DNA of 64,000 nucleotides from Longimicrobiales bacterium (GCA_965219445.1 CBDCNQ010000002.1:384001-448000); one strand, 5' to 3'; counted from the first letter of the stretch, positions 9,123 through 19,011 are shown. Numbers and translations are program-made. Notes: generated from the letters alone by a model not told the origin.

Positions 9123-9440
9123 ATGGTCATCAAGGAGACCTCCATTTTCACCAAGCAGGTGAACAAGCTATTGGACGCGGAGTCCTATCGATTCTTGCAG
9201 CTTCGCCTCGTCGCGGATCCTGAGGCCGGAGATCTCATGCGTGGGACCGGTGGCCTGCGGAAGATTCGGTGGCAGGGGTCTGGTCGCGGAAAACGAGGAG
9301 GTGTCAGGGTGATCTATTATTGGGCCGCGAATCATGACGTCGTTCTGATGTTGCTGATGTACGGAAAGAATGAGCGAGATGACCTCTCTGCCGAACAGAG
9401 CAAGGTGTTGGTCGCTCTTGTGAAGGAGGAGTTCAAATGA
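9123..9440 (+). CDS. higB: RelE/HigB2-family toxin
   Basis: ETSIF..., PEAGDLMRGTGGLRKIRW...GKRGGVRVIYY...YGKNERDDL. Confidence 0.88.
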   Translation: MVIKETSIFTKQVNKLLDAESYRFLQLRLVADPEAGDLMRGTGGLRKIRWQGSGRGKRGGVRVIYYWAANHDVVLMLLMYGKNERDDLSAEQSKVLVALVKEEFK

Positions 9441-9724
9441 GGGACGAGCTTTTCAGCGAACTCGAAGAAAGTCTGAAGGAAGGGGGAGCCATCCTCCGAG
9501 GCGAGCTGGATCCATCCCGCCAGGTAGCCTTTGAGGCTCCAAACGTAGCTGAGATTCGGGAGGAATACGGATTATCTCAGACCAAGTTTGCGGCTCTGCT
9601 TGGGATCAGCGTCCGCACGCTACAGAATTGGGAGCAGGGTCGCCGCCACCCCCAGGGACCTGCGAGAATCTTGTTGAGGGTGGCAGCGAAGCACCCTCGG
9701 GCGGTCCTCGACTCGGTAAAATGA
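9437..9724 (+). CDS. higA: HigA2-like Xre HTH antitoxin
   Basis: IREEYGLSQTKFAALLGISVRTLQNWEQGRRHPQGPARILL. Confidence 0.88.
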   Translation: MRDELFSELEESLKEGGAILRGELDPSRQVAFEAPNVAEIREEYGLSQTKFAALLGISVRTLQNWEQGRRHPQGPARILLRVAAKHPRAVLDSVK

Positions 9725-9755
9725 CCGGGCCAAAGCACGAGATCGCTTACCTGCG

Positions 9756-9850
9756 CTCTAACGGACTTGCGATTCTGCTGCGCGTCCAAAATGCCGACCG
9801 GAAGCGAAGCGCGCGAGCCTGATGTCTAACGCGACAGGAGCAATCGCTTG
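9756..9850 (-). other. attC site 4, split by IS1111; R'' side deleted
   Basis: ctctaac...gcaatcgcttg then IS left end; ctgcgctctaac (9751) complements gttagagcgcag (9049). Confidence 0.85.
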
Positions 9851-10724
9851 ATACTCATGCAGGCCCCCTCCTGGACCTCTCAGAGAGAGGACGGAATGAT
9901 CAGAGCGCGACGCTCGATCCATCCAACCCAGGAGGGGAACCATGCGCTTCTACACCGGCCAGCATCGATACTACTGTGGCATCGACCTTCACGCTCGCAC
10001 GCTCTACCTCTGTATCCTGGACTGCCAGGGCAAGATACGACTACACAAGAGGCTACGCTGTGAGCGCGAGGCACTGCTTCGCGCCCTCGAGCCGTACCGT
10101 TCAGATCTCGTCGTGGGCAGCGAGTGCATCTTCTGCTGGTACTGGCTCGCCGATCTCTGTGCTCGCGAGCAGATCCCCTTCGTGCTCGGCCATGCGCTCT
10201 ACATGAAGGCGATCCATGGGGCCAAGGCGAAGAACGACCACATCGACTCCCACAAGACGGCGGTGCTGCTGCGCGGGGGTGCCTTTCCGGTGGCCTACGT
10301 CTATCCCCCGCAGATGCGAGCCACGCGCGATGTGCTCCGGCGCCGACTCTACTTCGTACGCAAGCGCGGCGAACTCCTCGCCCACGTCCGTAACACCTTT
10401 CATCAGTACAACCTGCCTCGGCCCTCCGGTCAGCTCCTCTATAAGAAGAACCGCGAGGGACTGGCCCAGGCATTCGACGATCGCATGATCCAGAGGACCA
10501 TCGAGGCGGATCTCGCACTCGCGGATCGCTTCGACCCCGTGATCCGAGAACTCGAGCGCACGATCGAAGAAGAAGCCCGCGTCCACGACCACGACACGCT
10601 GCAGCGGCTGCGAACCATCCCCGGCATTGGCCGCATCCTGGCCCTCACGCTGCTCTATGAGATCCACGACATCGCTCGCTTCAGCACGGTGCAGCGCTTC
10701 AGCTCCTACTGTCGACTCGCCAAG
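9851..10724 (+). mobile_element. IS1111 copy 4, truncated (transposase 9942-10724; aagccc remnant at 12325-12330)
   Basis: Identical to copy 3 up to cgccaag, then IS3 element B. Confidence 0.88.
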
Positions 10725-10764
10725 CGGAACCTGTCAACAGCGATGAGACACGGGGAGTCATAGA

Positions 10765-11766
10765 TTAGTGAGCAGGCTGCGGTGTCGGAGCCGCAGCTGG
10801 TGGATTGATCCAGACCTCCGTTGGGAGAGGCTGGGGCGTGGGGATTCCCTGCACGAAGCGTTCAGGGTGTTCGGACCACGCCTGCTGGAGAGTGCGCTCA
10901 CGCTGGGCGAGCACGTCACGGGCTCGGTCGTGATGGACATCAGCCGGGGTGAGCATCGCGATTCCGCCGTGGCGATGCTCATGGTTGTACCAAGGGAAGA
11001 AGGATCGGCAGAAGTCGATCGCCGCGCCGATGTCGGCGAAGCGTCCGGGGAAGTTGGGGTAGTATTTGACGGTCTTGAAGTGCGCCTCCGAGAAGGGGTT
11101 GTCGTCGCTGACCCGGGGACGGCCGAGCGAGCGGGTGATCCCGAGGTCGGCGAGCAGCTGGGCCGTGCACTTGCTGGTCATCGGGGCCCCGCGGTCGGAG
11201 TGCAGGGTCAGCGTCTCGGGCTGGACATCCTGCTTGAGGCAGCTCTCCTGGATGAGCCGGCAGGCGAGCGCGGAGTTCTCGCGGTCGGCGACCATCCATC
11301 CGACCACGTACCGGCTGAAGATGTCGATGAGGACGTAGAGGTAGAAGTACGACCACTTCTCGGGTCCGAGAAGCCGGGTGATGTCCCACGACCAGGTCTG
11401 GTTCGGTGCCGTGGCCACGAGCTGGGGCTTCGTGTAGGCGGGATGCGTGAGCTGACTGCGCCGCTCACGCACGGGGTGATCCTCCTGGAGGATCCTGTAC
11501 ATCGTGCGTTCTGAGCAGAGGTACTCGCCCTCGTCGAGGAGGGTGGCCACAACCTCTGCGGGAGATCGGTCGACGAAGCGCGGGCAAGCGAGGGTCTCAC
11601 GCACCTTCTCGCGCTCGGATTCATCGAGAGCCCGGGCGGGGCGCTGCCTGGGCTGCTGGTGCCCGGTCGTGGGCTTACGGCGCCGGTAGAACGTGGCACG
11701 CGCCACACCCAGTGCTCGGCACGCCGGCGCGGCGCCGACCTCCCGAGCCAGGGAGGCAGCGGCCAT
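10765..11766 (-). CDS. IS3-family transposase OrfB (element B)
   Basis: Homologous to 6016-7023, DDE motifs present. Confidence 0.88.
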   Translation of the reverse strand: MAAASLAREVGAAPACRALGVARATFYRRRKPTTGHQQPRQRPARALDESEREKVRETLACPRFVDRSPAEVVATLLDEGEYLCSERTMYRILQEDHPVRERRSQLTHPAYTKPQLVATAPNQTWSWDITRLLGPEKWSYFYLYVLIDIFSRYVVGWMVADRENSALACRLIQESCLKQDVQPETLTLHSDRGAPMTSKCTAQLLADLGITRSLGRPRVSDDNPFSEAHFKTVKYYPNFPGRFADIGAAIDFCRSFFPWYNHEHRHGGIAMLTPADVHHDRARDVLAQRERTLQQAWSEHPERFVQGIPTPQPLPTEVWINPPAAAPTPQPAH

Positions 11767-12260
11767 CAGGAGTTCTTTCCGCTGTCGAAGCTCAACCCCA
11801 GCAGCCCGGCAACTTTTCCCTGGACTTCCAGGATCGTTTCCGCCGTGGCAAGCTGCTTCTCGAGCCGGGCCACTTCGGCCTCGAGCTCATCCACCCTCTT
11901 CTGGAGGGAGTTGCGGCGGGCCGGCTTGCGGCCCCGCCGCTTCGGCGTCAGGCCCTTCAGAGAGCCCTCGCGCCGTGCCTTTCGCCATGCCGTGAGATGA
12001 GAGCTGTACAGACCCTCCCGACGCACGATCCGCCCAACCTCGCCGGGCTCCGAGCACCGGTCGGTCTCTTCCAGGATCCTGAGCTTGTACTCCGCGGTGA
12101 ACTGCCGGCGGGTCGGCTTGGCCACCACCTCCGGATCCCGAGCCCGATTCCGCTCGGCGACTCGGGCCCTGGCGGCCTCGTCGCTACGCTCCTCGCCCCC
12201 CAGGGCCCGAGCACCCACACCCATACCAATCATCGTATCTCTCCCCTCTACCATCGCCAT
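11766..12260 (-). CDS. IS3-family transposase OrfA (element B)
   Basis: Homologous to 7020-7469; same CAGGGAAAAG frameshift motif. Confidence 0.85.
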   Translation of the reverse strand: MAMVEGRDTMIGMGVGARALGGEERSDEAARARVAERNRARDPEVVAKPTRRQFTAEYKLRILEETDRCSEPGEVGRIVRREGLYSSHLTAWRKARREGSLKGLTPKRRGRKPARRNSLQKRVDELEAEVARLEKQLATAETILEVQGKVAGLLGLSFDSGKNS

Positions 12261-12330
12261 CCACCTCCGCCCCCTTCAGTAATTCCAAAGGTGCCAGGTG
12301 TCTCACTGATATTGGCAGAGAGGGAAGCCC

Positions 12331-13897
12331 CGGAACCTGTCAACGCCAGTGAGACACTCTTGGAAATCAATTAGAGAGCAATCTCCTGTGTCGTGAGGGA
12401 TGGGGTGGGAGGATTGATCCAGACGGCCTCCGGGAGTGGTTTAGGCTTCGGCTCACCGGAGACGAAGCGCTCGGGATGAGCGGCCCATGCCTCACGGAGC
12501 ACGGCCTTCCTGCAGGCGATGATCCGATCGGCGTGACCGAAGTGGACCTGTTCGGGGGTCAGCATCGAGATGCCGCCATGGCGGTGCTCGGCATTATACC
12601 AACGGAAGAACGAGCGACAGAAGGTCTTGGCTTGCCCCTGATCCCCGAACCGGCCGGGAAACGAGGGATGGTACTTCAAGGTCTTGAACTGAGCCTCGGA
12701 GAACGGATTGTCATCCGAGACCTGGGGTCGGCCCAACGAGCGGGTCACGCCGAGATCGGCGAGTAGTTGAGCCGTGCATTGGCTCGTCATCGGAGCCCCT
12801 CGATCGGAATGCAGGGTCAGGAGGTGGGGCTGGACGCCATGCTTCAAGCAACTCTGCTGGATCAGCCGGCTGGCCAGGGCAGAGTTCTCCCGATCCGCCA
12901 CCATCCATCCCACGACGTAGCGGCTGAAGATGTCCAGGATCACGTAGAGGTAGAAGTAACTCCACTTCTTCGGCCCCAGCAGCCGGGTGATATCCCAGGA
13001 CCAGACCTGGTTCGGGCCCCTCGCCATCAACTCGGGCTTCTGGTATTTGGGATGACTCCGCTGCGCTCGACGCTCCTGAACCGGCACCTGGGAAGCCAGA
13101 ACGCGATACATCGTACGCTCGCTGCACAGGTAGACGTCCTCGTCGAGCAGCGTCGCCACCACCTCGGCTGGGGACCGGTCCACGAACCGCTCCGAACACA
13201 GGGTGTCGAAAATCTTGTCCCGCTCCCTCTCACTTAAGGCCCGGGCGGGGGTCGGGCGGGGCTGCTGATGCCCGGTCGATGCACTCCGACGACGGTAGAA
13301 CGTGGCTCGCGGCACCCTGAGCGCATCGCACGCGGGCTTCACCCCTACGTGCTTGGCTAGCTCCTGGGTCGCCTTCATGAGTTCGTCCCGTCCTCGAGGC
13401 TCAATCCCAGCAGCCCTGCAACTTTTCCCTGGACGTCGATGATCAAGTGCGCCTTCTGGAGCTCCTTCTCGAGGCGAGTGTTCTCGCGCTCCAGCTTGCG
13501 CACCTTCTCCTCCAGCGGATTGCGCTCGCGCTTACGGCCTCGTTTCTTCGACAGCGCTTTCAGGGACCCGCTATGCGCCGCCTTGCGCCATGTCGTCAGG
13601 TGCGACGAGTACAAGCCCTCCCGCCGTAGGAGTCGGCCAACCTCTCCGGGCTCCGTGCACCGGTCCGCTTCTTCGACGATCCGCAGCTTGTACGACGGAG
13701 CGAACCGCCGGCGCAGCGGCCTATCTACCACCTCCGAGTCCGCAGGAGCTGCCGCGCTTCGCTTACCGTCCCAGGTTGGTGGGGCTATTCCATTCTCTTT
13801 CATTCTCTCTCGGTGTCTCAGCATCCTCGGTTTCTCTGCCTTCGCCCTACTCTAATTCCTTAGCTGCTCCGTGTCTCACGTAAGTTGGCAGAGAGGG
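12331..13897 (-). mobile_element. IS3-family element A, complete copy (orfB 12371-13378, orfA 13375-13824), no matching target duplication
   Basis: Identical to 5976-7542; flanks ccc and gtt differ, implying adjacent deletion. Confidence 0.9.
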
Positions 13898-14349
13898 GTT
13901 TCAAGGTATGCAGCGAACTCCGGCGTAACGAACTCTTGGACATCCGGCCAAAGGCGCCACAGAGGGTGGTCTTCGCGGAACGTGCCCCACCCGAGGGATT
14001 CCAACGCCTCCGCATCGAGGAGTCCTTCCTCAACCTGTAGGAATGTCGTCTCGTAAAGCCGAAGAATCGCGACGAAGTAGTTCGTCACCAGGAGACGATC
14101 CGACGGGTCGAACTCAGACCATGACGCCGAGTCCGCCATGAGAACGCGCCCCCATGCATCACTCAAGTCGCGGTTGGTTGCCGCCGCCATCCAAAGTTCA
14201 GTCACCGCGATCCCGAGGTCCTGATAGGCCGCCGCCCGCGCGGCCACCGCGTTCTGTCGAAGTTCCATTCCGATGAAGACCAGCGACAGCACGACACCGA
14301 TGAGGGCTATCGCTTCAGCAATCACTCGAACAGGAGGTCTTGGCTTCAT
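13898..14349 (-). CDS. first cassette gene, small N-terminally anchored protein; extreme C-terminus clipped by IS3
   Basis: EAIALIGVVLSLVFIGMELRQN transmembrane motif; starts 29 bp after GTTAGAT; homologous to 26606-27145. Confidence 0.7.
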
Positions 14350-14377
14350 CCGGGGCTAGCACTTTGTCTCGGTCGCG

Positions 14378-14399
14378 ATCTAACTTTCAACTGTATCGC
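14378..14399 (-). other. candidate attI site
   Basis: Minus strand GCGATAC-AGTTGAAA-GTTAGAT: a GTTRRRY core with no attC arm, between the intI stop and the first cassette gene. Confidence 0.55.
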
Positions 14400-14570
14400 G
14401 AATCCTCTGGAGTTTCTGAAGCGGATCCGCTGCCTGGATGGCAACGTAGGAGAGATGGACAGGGCCCGACAGACCCAGCGCGGCCCTCGCTTGTGGCTTC
14501 TTTGCCTTTGGCTTTGGGCTGCGCCGGAGACGTTTTGGTCGCGTCGGATGGACGGTTGCCGGGTGGCAGC

Positions 14571-15566
14571 CTAGTCCCGGTCCTCCGGTCGATCAAGTGG
14601 GCTGCGCATGCCCAGTCCGGCATCGGTGATGGCTTGCACGTAGATCATCGTCGTGCGGATGTCTTTGTGACCCATGAGCCTCTGCACCGAACGGGCGTCG
14701 TATCCGGCCCGCAGCATCTGAGTAGCGAAGGATCTGCGAAGGGTGTGACAGGTGACGGGCTTGGTAATGCCGGATGCTCGGGCCGCGTCCTTCATCCGTC
14801 TTTGCATGGCTGTCGGGTTGAGGTGGTACCGACCCTTCCTCCTAGTAGCGGGATCCCGCGACCATCGGCTCGCGGGGAATAGGAACTGCCACGACAGGTC
14901 GTAACCCGCTTGTGGATCCTTGCGATCCAGTGCACCCGGCAGTTGAGCCCAACCGCCTCCTCGGCGCCTGTCCTCCCGGTGCAGTTCCTTTACAAGAGAC
15001 ACCTGGCGGCGTAGTGCCGAACCGAGCCGCTCGGGCAGCATGACCCACCGGTCCTTGGCACCCTTCCCGTCCCGTATGGCGATTTGCAGCAGGTCGAAGT
15101 CGATGTCCTTAATCCGCAGTTGATGACACTCCGTCAGGCGGGCGCCCGTGCCATACATCAGCGAACCCAGTAGTCGATATTTGCCGGACAGATGGCCGAG
15201 CACGAGCCGCACCTGCCCGTGAGATAACACGGTCGGTATTCGCTGCGGCTCTCGGGCCCGAGGCATACCTTCAAGATCGTCGCGGCCCAGGACCTCCCTG
15301 AAGAAAAACGACAGCGCCGACGCGGCCTGATTGCGACTCTTTGGCGCCAACCTCCGCTCCTCCGTGAGAACGCTCAAGAACTGCTCCACATGCCGTCTGG
15401 TGAGATCCTCCACCGGAACACCGGGATGGGCGTCCGTGAATCGCCGGAGCCATCGCGCGTACACTTCTATCGTCCTATTCCGGTAACCCCTCTGTCTCAG
15501 GAGGCGGCGAGTGGTCGCGAGCGCTCGCTCGACATCGGGTCCCGGGCGCATGCTGAACGATCCCAC
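14571..15566 (-). CDS. intI: integron integrase
   Basis: Tyrosine recombinase motifs (YGTGARL.E, GKGAKDR, HTLR, MGH.D..TTMIY) plus the IntI-specific insert LPGALDRK.P.A..D.SWQFLFP. Confidence 0.95.
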   Translation of the reverse strand: MGSFSMRPGPDVERALATTRRLLRQRGYRNRTIEVYARWLRRFTDAHPGVPVEDLTRRHVEQFLSVLTEERRLAPKSRNQAASALSFFFREVLGRDDLEGMPRAREPQRIPTVLSHGQVRLVLGHLSGKYRLLGSLMYGTGARLTECHQLRIKDIDFDLLQIAIRDGKGAKDRWVMLPERLGSALRRQVSLVKELHREDRRRGGGWAQLPGALDRKDPQAGYDLSWQFLFPASRWSRDPATRRKGRYHLNPTAMQRRMKDAARASGITKPVTCHTLRRSFATQMLRAGYDARSVQRLMGHKDIRTTMIYVQAITDAGLGMRSPLDRPEDRD

Positions 15567-15680
15567 CCGATCTGGAGCGAAGCCATGGACGTCTGGGACA
15601 GCAAAGCAGCGGACGCGTCACGGATGAACAGAAATCGGTTGGATTGCTCAGGCAGCGATAGCCAAGTCTGCGGGAGCCTA

Positions 15681-15710
15681 GGTAGTGGTACAGTTTGCTG
15701 TACCACTACC
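15681..15710. promoter_or_regulatory. perfect 13-bp inverted repeat between divergent intI and molybdoenzyme operon
   Basis: ggtagtggtacag-tttg-ctgtaccactacc; function unknown. Confidence 0.5.
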
Positions 15711-15786
15711 CGGCGTCGGGCAAAGTTGTCTTCCAGCCGGCTTCGCGGTACCATGAGCTACTTAGCCTCAGCAGGGAGCGGTGCCC

Positions 15787-16506
15787 ATGTCCGAGAGCAA
15801 CCTCGTCGATGCAGGTCTTGCCATATCGAGTGCGAGCCCCTCCCCCCCCCACCCCGCGGGGTCACAGGACCCGACGTGCGGTCACTATTTCGGTGGCACG
15901 CCGTTCGGGTGGCAGGAGGGCCGGGGTAGTTGGTCCCGGAGGAACTTCATCAAGGGAATCATCGCGTCGGGGGTGGCAGTCTCTGGGGTGCCATATCTGG
16001 CCTCCGCTGCTTCCAGGCCGGCCATTCAGGCGGGTGCGGTAGAGCGCTTGATCTCGTTGAACGTCAACGGGCAGACCCGCCGCGTCGACGTGCTCCCCAA
16101 TGAGACGCTCGCGATGACCCTACGCTATAAGCTGGGGCTAACGGGTACCAAGCTCGGCTGCGACCGCGCAGAGTGCGGGGCGTGCACGGTGTTGATCGAC
16201 GACGTGACGCACTACTCGTGCTCCACGCTGACGCAGCGCGTTCGCGGGAAGGAGATCACGACGGTCGAGGGGTTGGAGAGTCCGACTGGAGAGCTACACC
16301 CGGTCCAACAGGCATTCATGGACGAGTTGGGCCCGCAGTGCGGCTTTTGCACGCCCGGCCAGGTGATGGCGGCCGTGGGTCTCTTGACGGCGAACCCGAA
16401 CCCGACTCGGGCCGAAGCGCGTCAGGCGATGTCAGGTAATCTGTGCCGATGCGGATCCTACGACCATTATCTGAACGGAATCATGCGTGCAGCAGGGGAG
16501 GTGTGA
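15787..16506 (+). CDS. 2Fe-2S subunit of xanthine dehydrogenase-family molybdoenzyme (PaoA/YagT-like) with Tat signal
   Basis: SRRNFIK twin-arginine; GC.RAECGACTV, QCGFCTPG, NLCRC. Confidence 0.9.
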   Translation: MSESNLVDAGLAISSASPSPPHPAGSQDPTCGHYFGGTPFGWQEGRGSWSRRNFIKGIIASGVAVSGVPYLASAASRPAIQAGAVERLISLNVNGQTRRVDVLPNETLAMTLRYKLGLTGTKLGCDRAECGACTVLIDDVTHYSCSTLTQRVRGKEITTVEGLESPTGELHPVQQAFMDELGPQCGFCTPGQVMAAVGLLTANPNPTRAEARQAMSGNLCRCGSYDHYLNGIMRAAGEV

Positions 16507-16507
16507 C

Positions 16508-18934
16508 ATGGCATACTTGACTGGTCGAGATTTCACGCCACCGGATCTTCACGCCAAGGTGACCGGGCGGGCGAAATATGCCGAGGACTTTCGCGCGGAC
16601 GGCATGTTGTTCTGCCGGCTGCTGACCAGCCCCATGCCCCATGCGCGCGTCTTGAACATCGACGCGTCCGAGGCGCTCGCCATGGATGGCGTCGTCGCGA
16701 TTCTGACAGCCGACGAGCTGCCCGAAGTGGACGCGCCGGGCAATACGAGCCTCACGAATGAGCCACTCTACGTGGGCGCGCCGATCCTCGCGGTGGCTGC
16801 GACGGACGAGACCACGGCCCAGAACGCCATCGCGGCGATCAACGTGGATCTGGAACCGCTTCCGTTCTGCGTGGACCCGCTCGAGAGCCTGCGTCCTGGT
16901 GGGCCGAACGCCCGGACTACGGGAAACGTGCCGGGCGGGCGCGTGACCGCAGTGGAGCTCGATACGAGCGACGGCGTGGCGGAGGTCAAGTGGACGGCGG
17001 AGGACTTCGCGGCCGCAGGGGAGGGCCAGACGCCCATGGGCATGGCCACAACGGAATGGTCGTACGGCGATGTCGAGGCGGGCTTTGCAAACGCCGCGCT
17101 CGTGCTCGACGAGTCCTTCGTCACCGCGGGCACGTCGCATAACTCGATGGAGCCACGTACCGCCATGGCGTACTGGCAGAACGGGAAGTGTTACCTGTAC
17201 GGCTCGACCCAGAGCCAGAGCAACGTGGTTCCGCGTCTGGCCGCCCTCCTCGAGATCGAGCCGGAGGACCTCGTCTATGTCTCGGAGTTCTGTGGTGGTG
17301 GGTTCGGGTCGAAGGCGCCCGCCTACCCCGTTATAGCCATTCCGGCCTACATGGCGAAGAAGACCGGCCGGCCCGTGCTGATGCGTATCAGCCGAGCCGA
17401 GGAGAACTTCATCGGTGTATGCCGACCCGCTTTCCAGGGTCGCCTCAAGATCGGGTTCCAGCCCGACGGGCGTATCACGGCAGCCGATCTGTTCATCGTC
17501 CAGAACAACGGACCCAACTCCGGTGGGGGTGACTTTAACTCCGCCGGAGGCGCGATGTCCATCGTCTACACGCCGCTCGCCATGCGCTTCCGAGGGGTTC
17601 CCGTCCTGACCAACACACCACCCACGGGGGCCCAGAGGGGGCCGGGGCAGAACCAACTGGCCTGCGCTGTCGAACCGATTCTCGACAAGGCGGCCCGCCA
17701 GCTGGGTCTCGACCTTGTAGCGATTCGCCGGATCAATGCCCCGGACAACAGTGCCAGGTACGGTGCTGACCAGGGTCCTGTAACTAGCGCTTATCAACGT
17801 GAAGCGCTCGACATGGGCGCGGAGCAGTTCGACTGGGAAGCCAGGCGTGCGCGCAGTGGACAGCGGCGTGGCTCGAAGGTCACCGGCGTCGCGGTCGGCC
17901 AGGCGTACCACGCGGCCGGGAATAACGGATTCGACGGGCTCTTGCGCATCGCACCGGACGGAAAGTTGTACATCCACACCGGCGTGGGGAACCTGGGTAC
18001 GTATTCGTACGCCAACACGTCCCGGGTCGCGGCGGAGGTGCTCGGTTACGACTGGGAGAACGTTGAGATCGTCCGCGGTAACTCCAGCCGAAATCTTCCC
18101 TGGAGTCCGAATCAGGGCGGGAGCAACACATCCTTCACGGAGTCCCGCGCCAATTACGCCTCAGCCATGGACGCTGTCCAAAAGCTCAAAGAGCTCGCGG
18201 CGCGCGACCTCGGGGGCTCGCCCGGAGACTACGATATCGCAAACGAAGCGGTCTTCGCGAGAGCCAATCCGTCGCGGCGCCTTACCTACGCAGCCGCAGC
18301 TCAGAGGGCCATCCAACTCGGGGGACGGTTCAGCGGCGAAGAGGTGCCCGACGACATCAACGAGATGACGGCGCGCGCCGTGGAGGGGATCGCCGGTACA
18401 GGCTTGATCGGGGTGGCGCGGGATAATATGCCGAAAAACGGCACCGTTCCCGCCTTGGCGACCGGGTTCATCGAGATTGAGTTGGACGTGGAGACCGGCC
18501 AATTCGAGATCATCGACTACCTGGGCGTCGCAGACTGCGGAACGGTTATGCATCCCATGGGACTGTCGGGGCAGATCAAGGGTGGGGCCGTGATGGGCTT
18601 CGGGATGGCGGCCCTCGAGCGCCATATCTACGACACACACTACGGTCTGCCGGGGGCCGTCGGATTTCACCAGGCCAAGCCCCCGACGTATCTGGACGTT
18701 CCTGCCGAGATGTCGTGGAGCGCCGTGGACATAGCCGACCCCCAGAACCCGGTGGGTGCGAAGGGAATCGGTGAGCCAACCATGGGATGCGGCGCGGCCG
18801 CACTGTTGTGTGCGATCTCCGACGCTCTGGGAGGACACTACTTCAATCGATCGCCGATCGTGCCTGACATGATCGTAAATGCCGCCTCGGGGCAGGCACA
18901 ATCACACGGTCCGCTTCAGGTTAACACAGTATGA
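16508..18934 (+). CDS. molybdopterin-binding subunit, xanthine dehydrogenase family
   Basis: KVTGRAKYAED, GGGFGSK, AQRGPG, GAKGIGEP. Confidence 0.92.
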   Translation: MAYLTGRDFTPPDLHAKVTGRAKYAEDFRADGMLFCRLLTSPMPHARVLNIDASEALAMDGVVAILTADELPEVDAPGNTSLTNEPLYVGAPILAVAATDETTAQNAIAAINVDLEPLPFCVDPLESLRPGGPNARTTGNVPGGRVTAVELDTSDGVAEVKWTAEDFAAAGEGQTPMGMATTEWSYGDVEAGFANAALVLDESFVTAGTSHNSMEPRTAMAYWQNGKCYLYGSTQSQSNVVPRLAALLEIEPEDLVYVSEFCGGGFGSKAPAYPVIAIPAYMAKKTGRPVLMRISRAEENFIGVCRPAFQGRLKIGFQPDGRITAADLFIVQNNGPNSGGGDFNSAGGAMSIVYTPLAMRFRGVPVLTNTPPTGAQRGPGQNQLACAVEPILDKAARQLGLDLVAIRRINAPDNSARYGADQGPVTSAYQREALDMGAEQFDWEARRARSGQRRGSKVTGVAVGQAYHAAGNNGFDGLLRIAPDGKLYIHTGVGNLGTYSYANTSRVAAEVLGYDWENVEIVRGNSSRNLPWSPNQGGSNTSFTESRANYASAMDAVQKLKELAARDLGGSPGDYDIANEAVFARANPSRRLTYAAAAQRAIQLGGRFSGEEVPDDINEMTARAVEGIAGTGLIGVARDNMPKNGTVPALATGFIEIELDVETGQFEIIDYLGVADCGTVMHPMGLSGQIKGGAVMGFGMAALERHIYDTHYGLPGAVGFHQAKPPTYLDVPAEMSWSAVDIADPQNPVGAKGIGEPTMGCGAAALLCAISDALGGHYFNRSPIVPDMIVNAASGQAQSHGPLQVNTV

Positions 18935-19011
18935 GGGAGCAGCCCCATGAGTGAGAACCCGCTGACAGGGCACCCGCTGACAGGCACCCGCATGTTGAAG
19001 GAGATCCGCGC

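Larger units (their letters stand above)
10725..12324 (-). mobile_element. IS3-family element B (relative of A), complete, 3-bp target duplication AAG
   Basis: aag at 10722-10724 and 12325-12327; same termini cggaacctgtcaa / ttggcagagaggg. Confidence 0.88.

Noticed and set aside
1413..9762. Cassette array on the plus strand, following TA gene direction
   Set aside because: Only the minus reading gives R'' + 5-nt spacer + L'' with an extra base; the non-TA cassette genes are minus, and TA cassettes are often inverted.
107..9941. Recurrent ~190-bp repeats as a CRISPR array or a single repeat family
   Set aside because: They resolve into attC plus IS1111 left end, spaced by kilobase cassettes; no short repeat-spacer periodicity and no cas genes.
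15623..15644. GATGAAC-N8-GTTGGAT as a canonical attI 5' of intI
   Set aside because: No plus-strand attC or cassette follows it; kept only as a weaker alternative to 14378-14399.
18957..18991. Tandem acccgctgacagg repeat between Mo and FAD subunit genes
   Set aside because: Two copies only; most simply a local slippage duplication.
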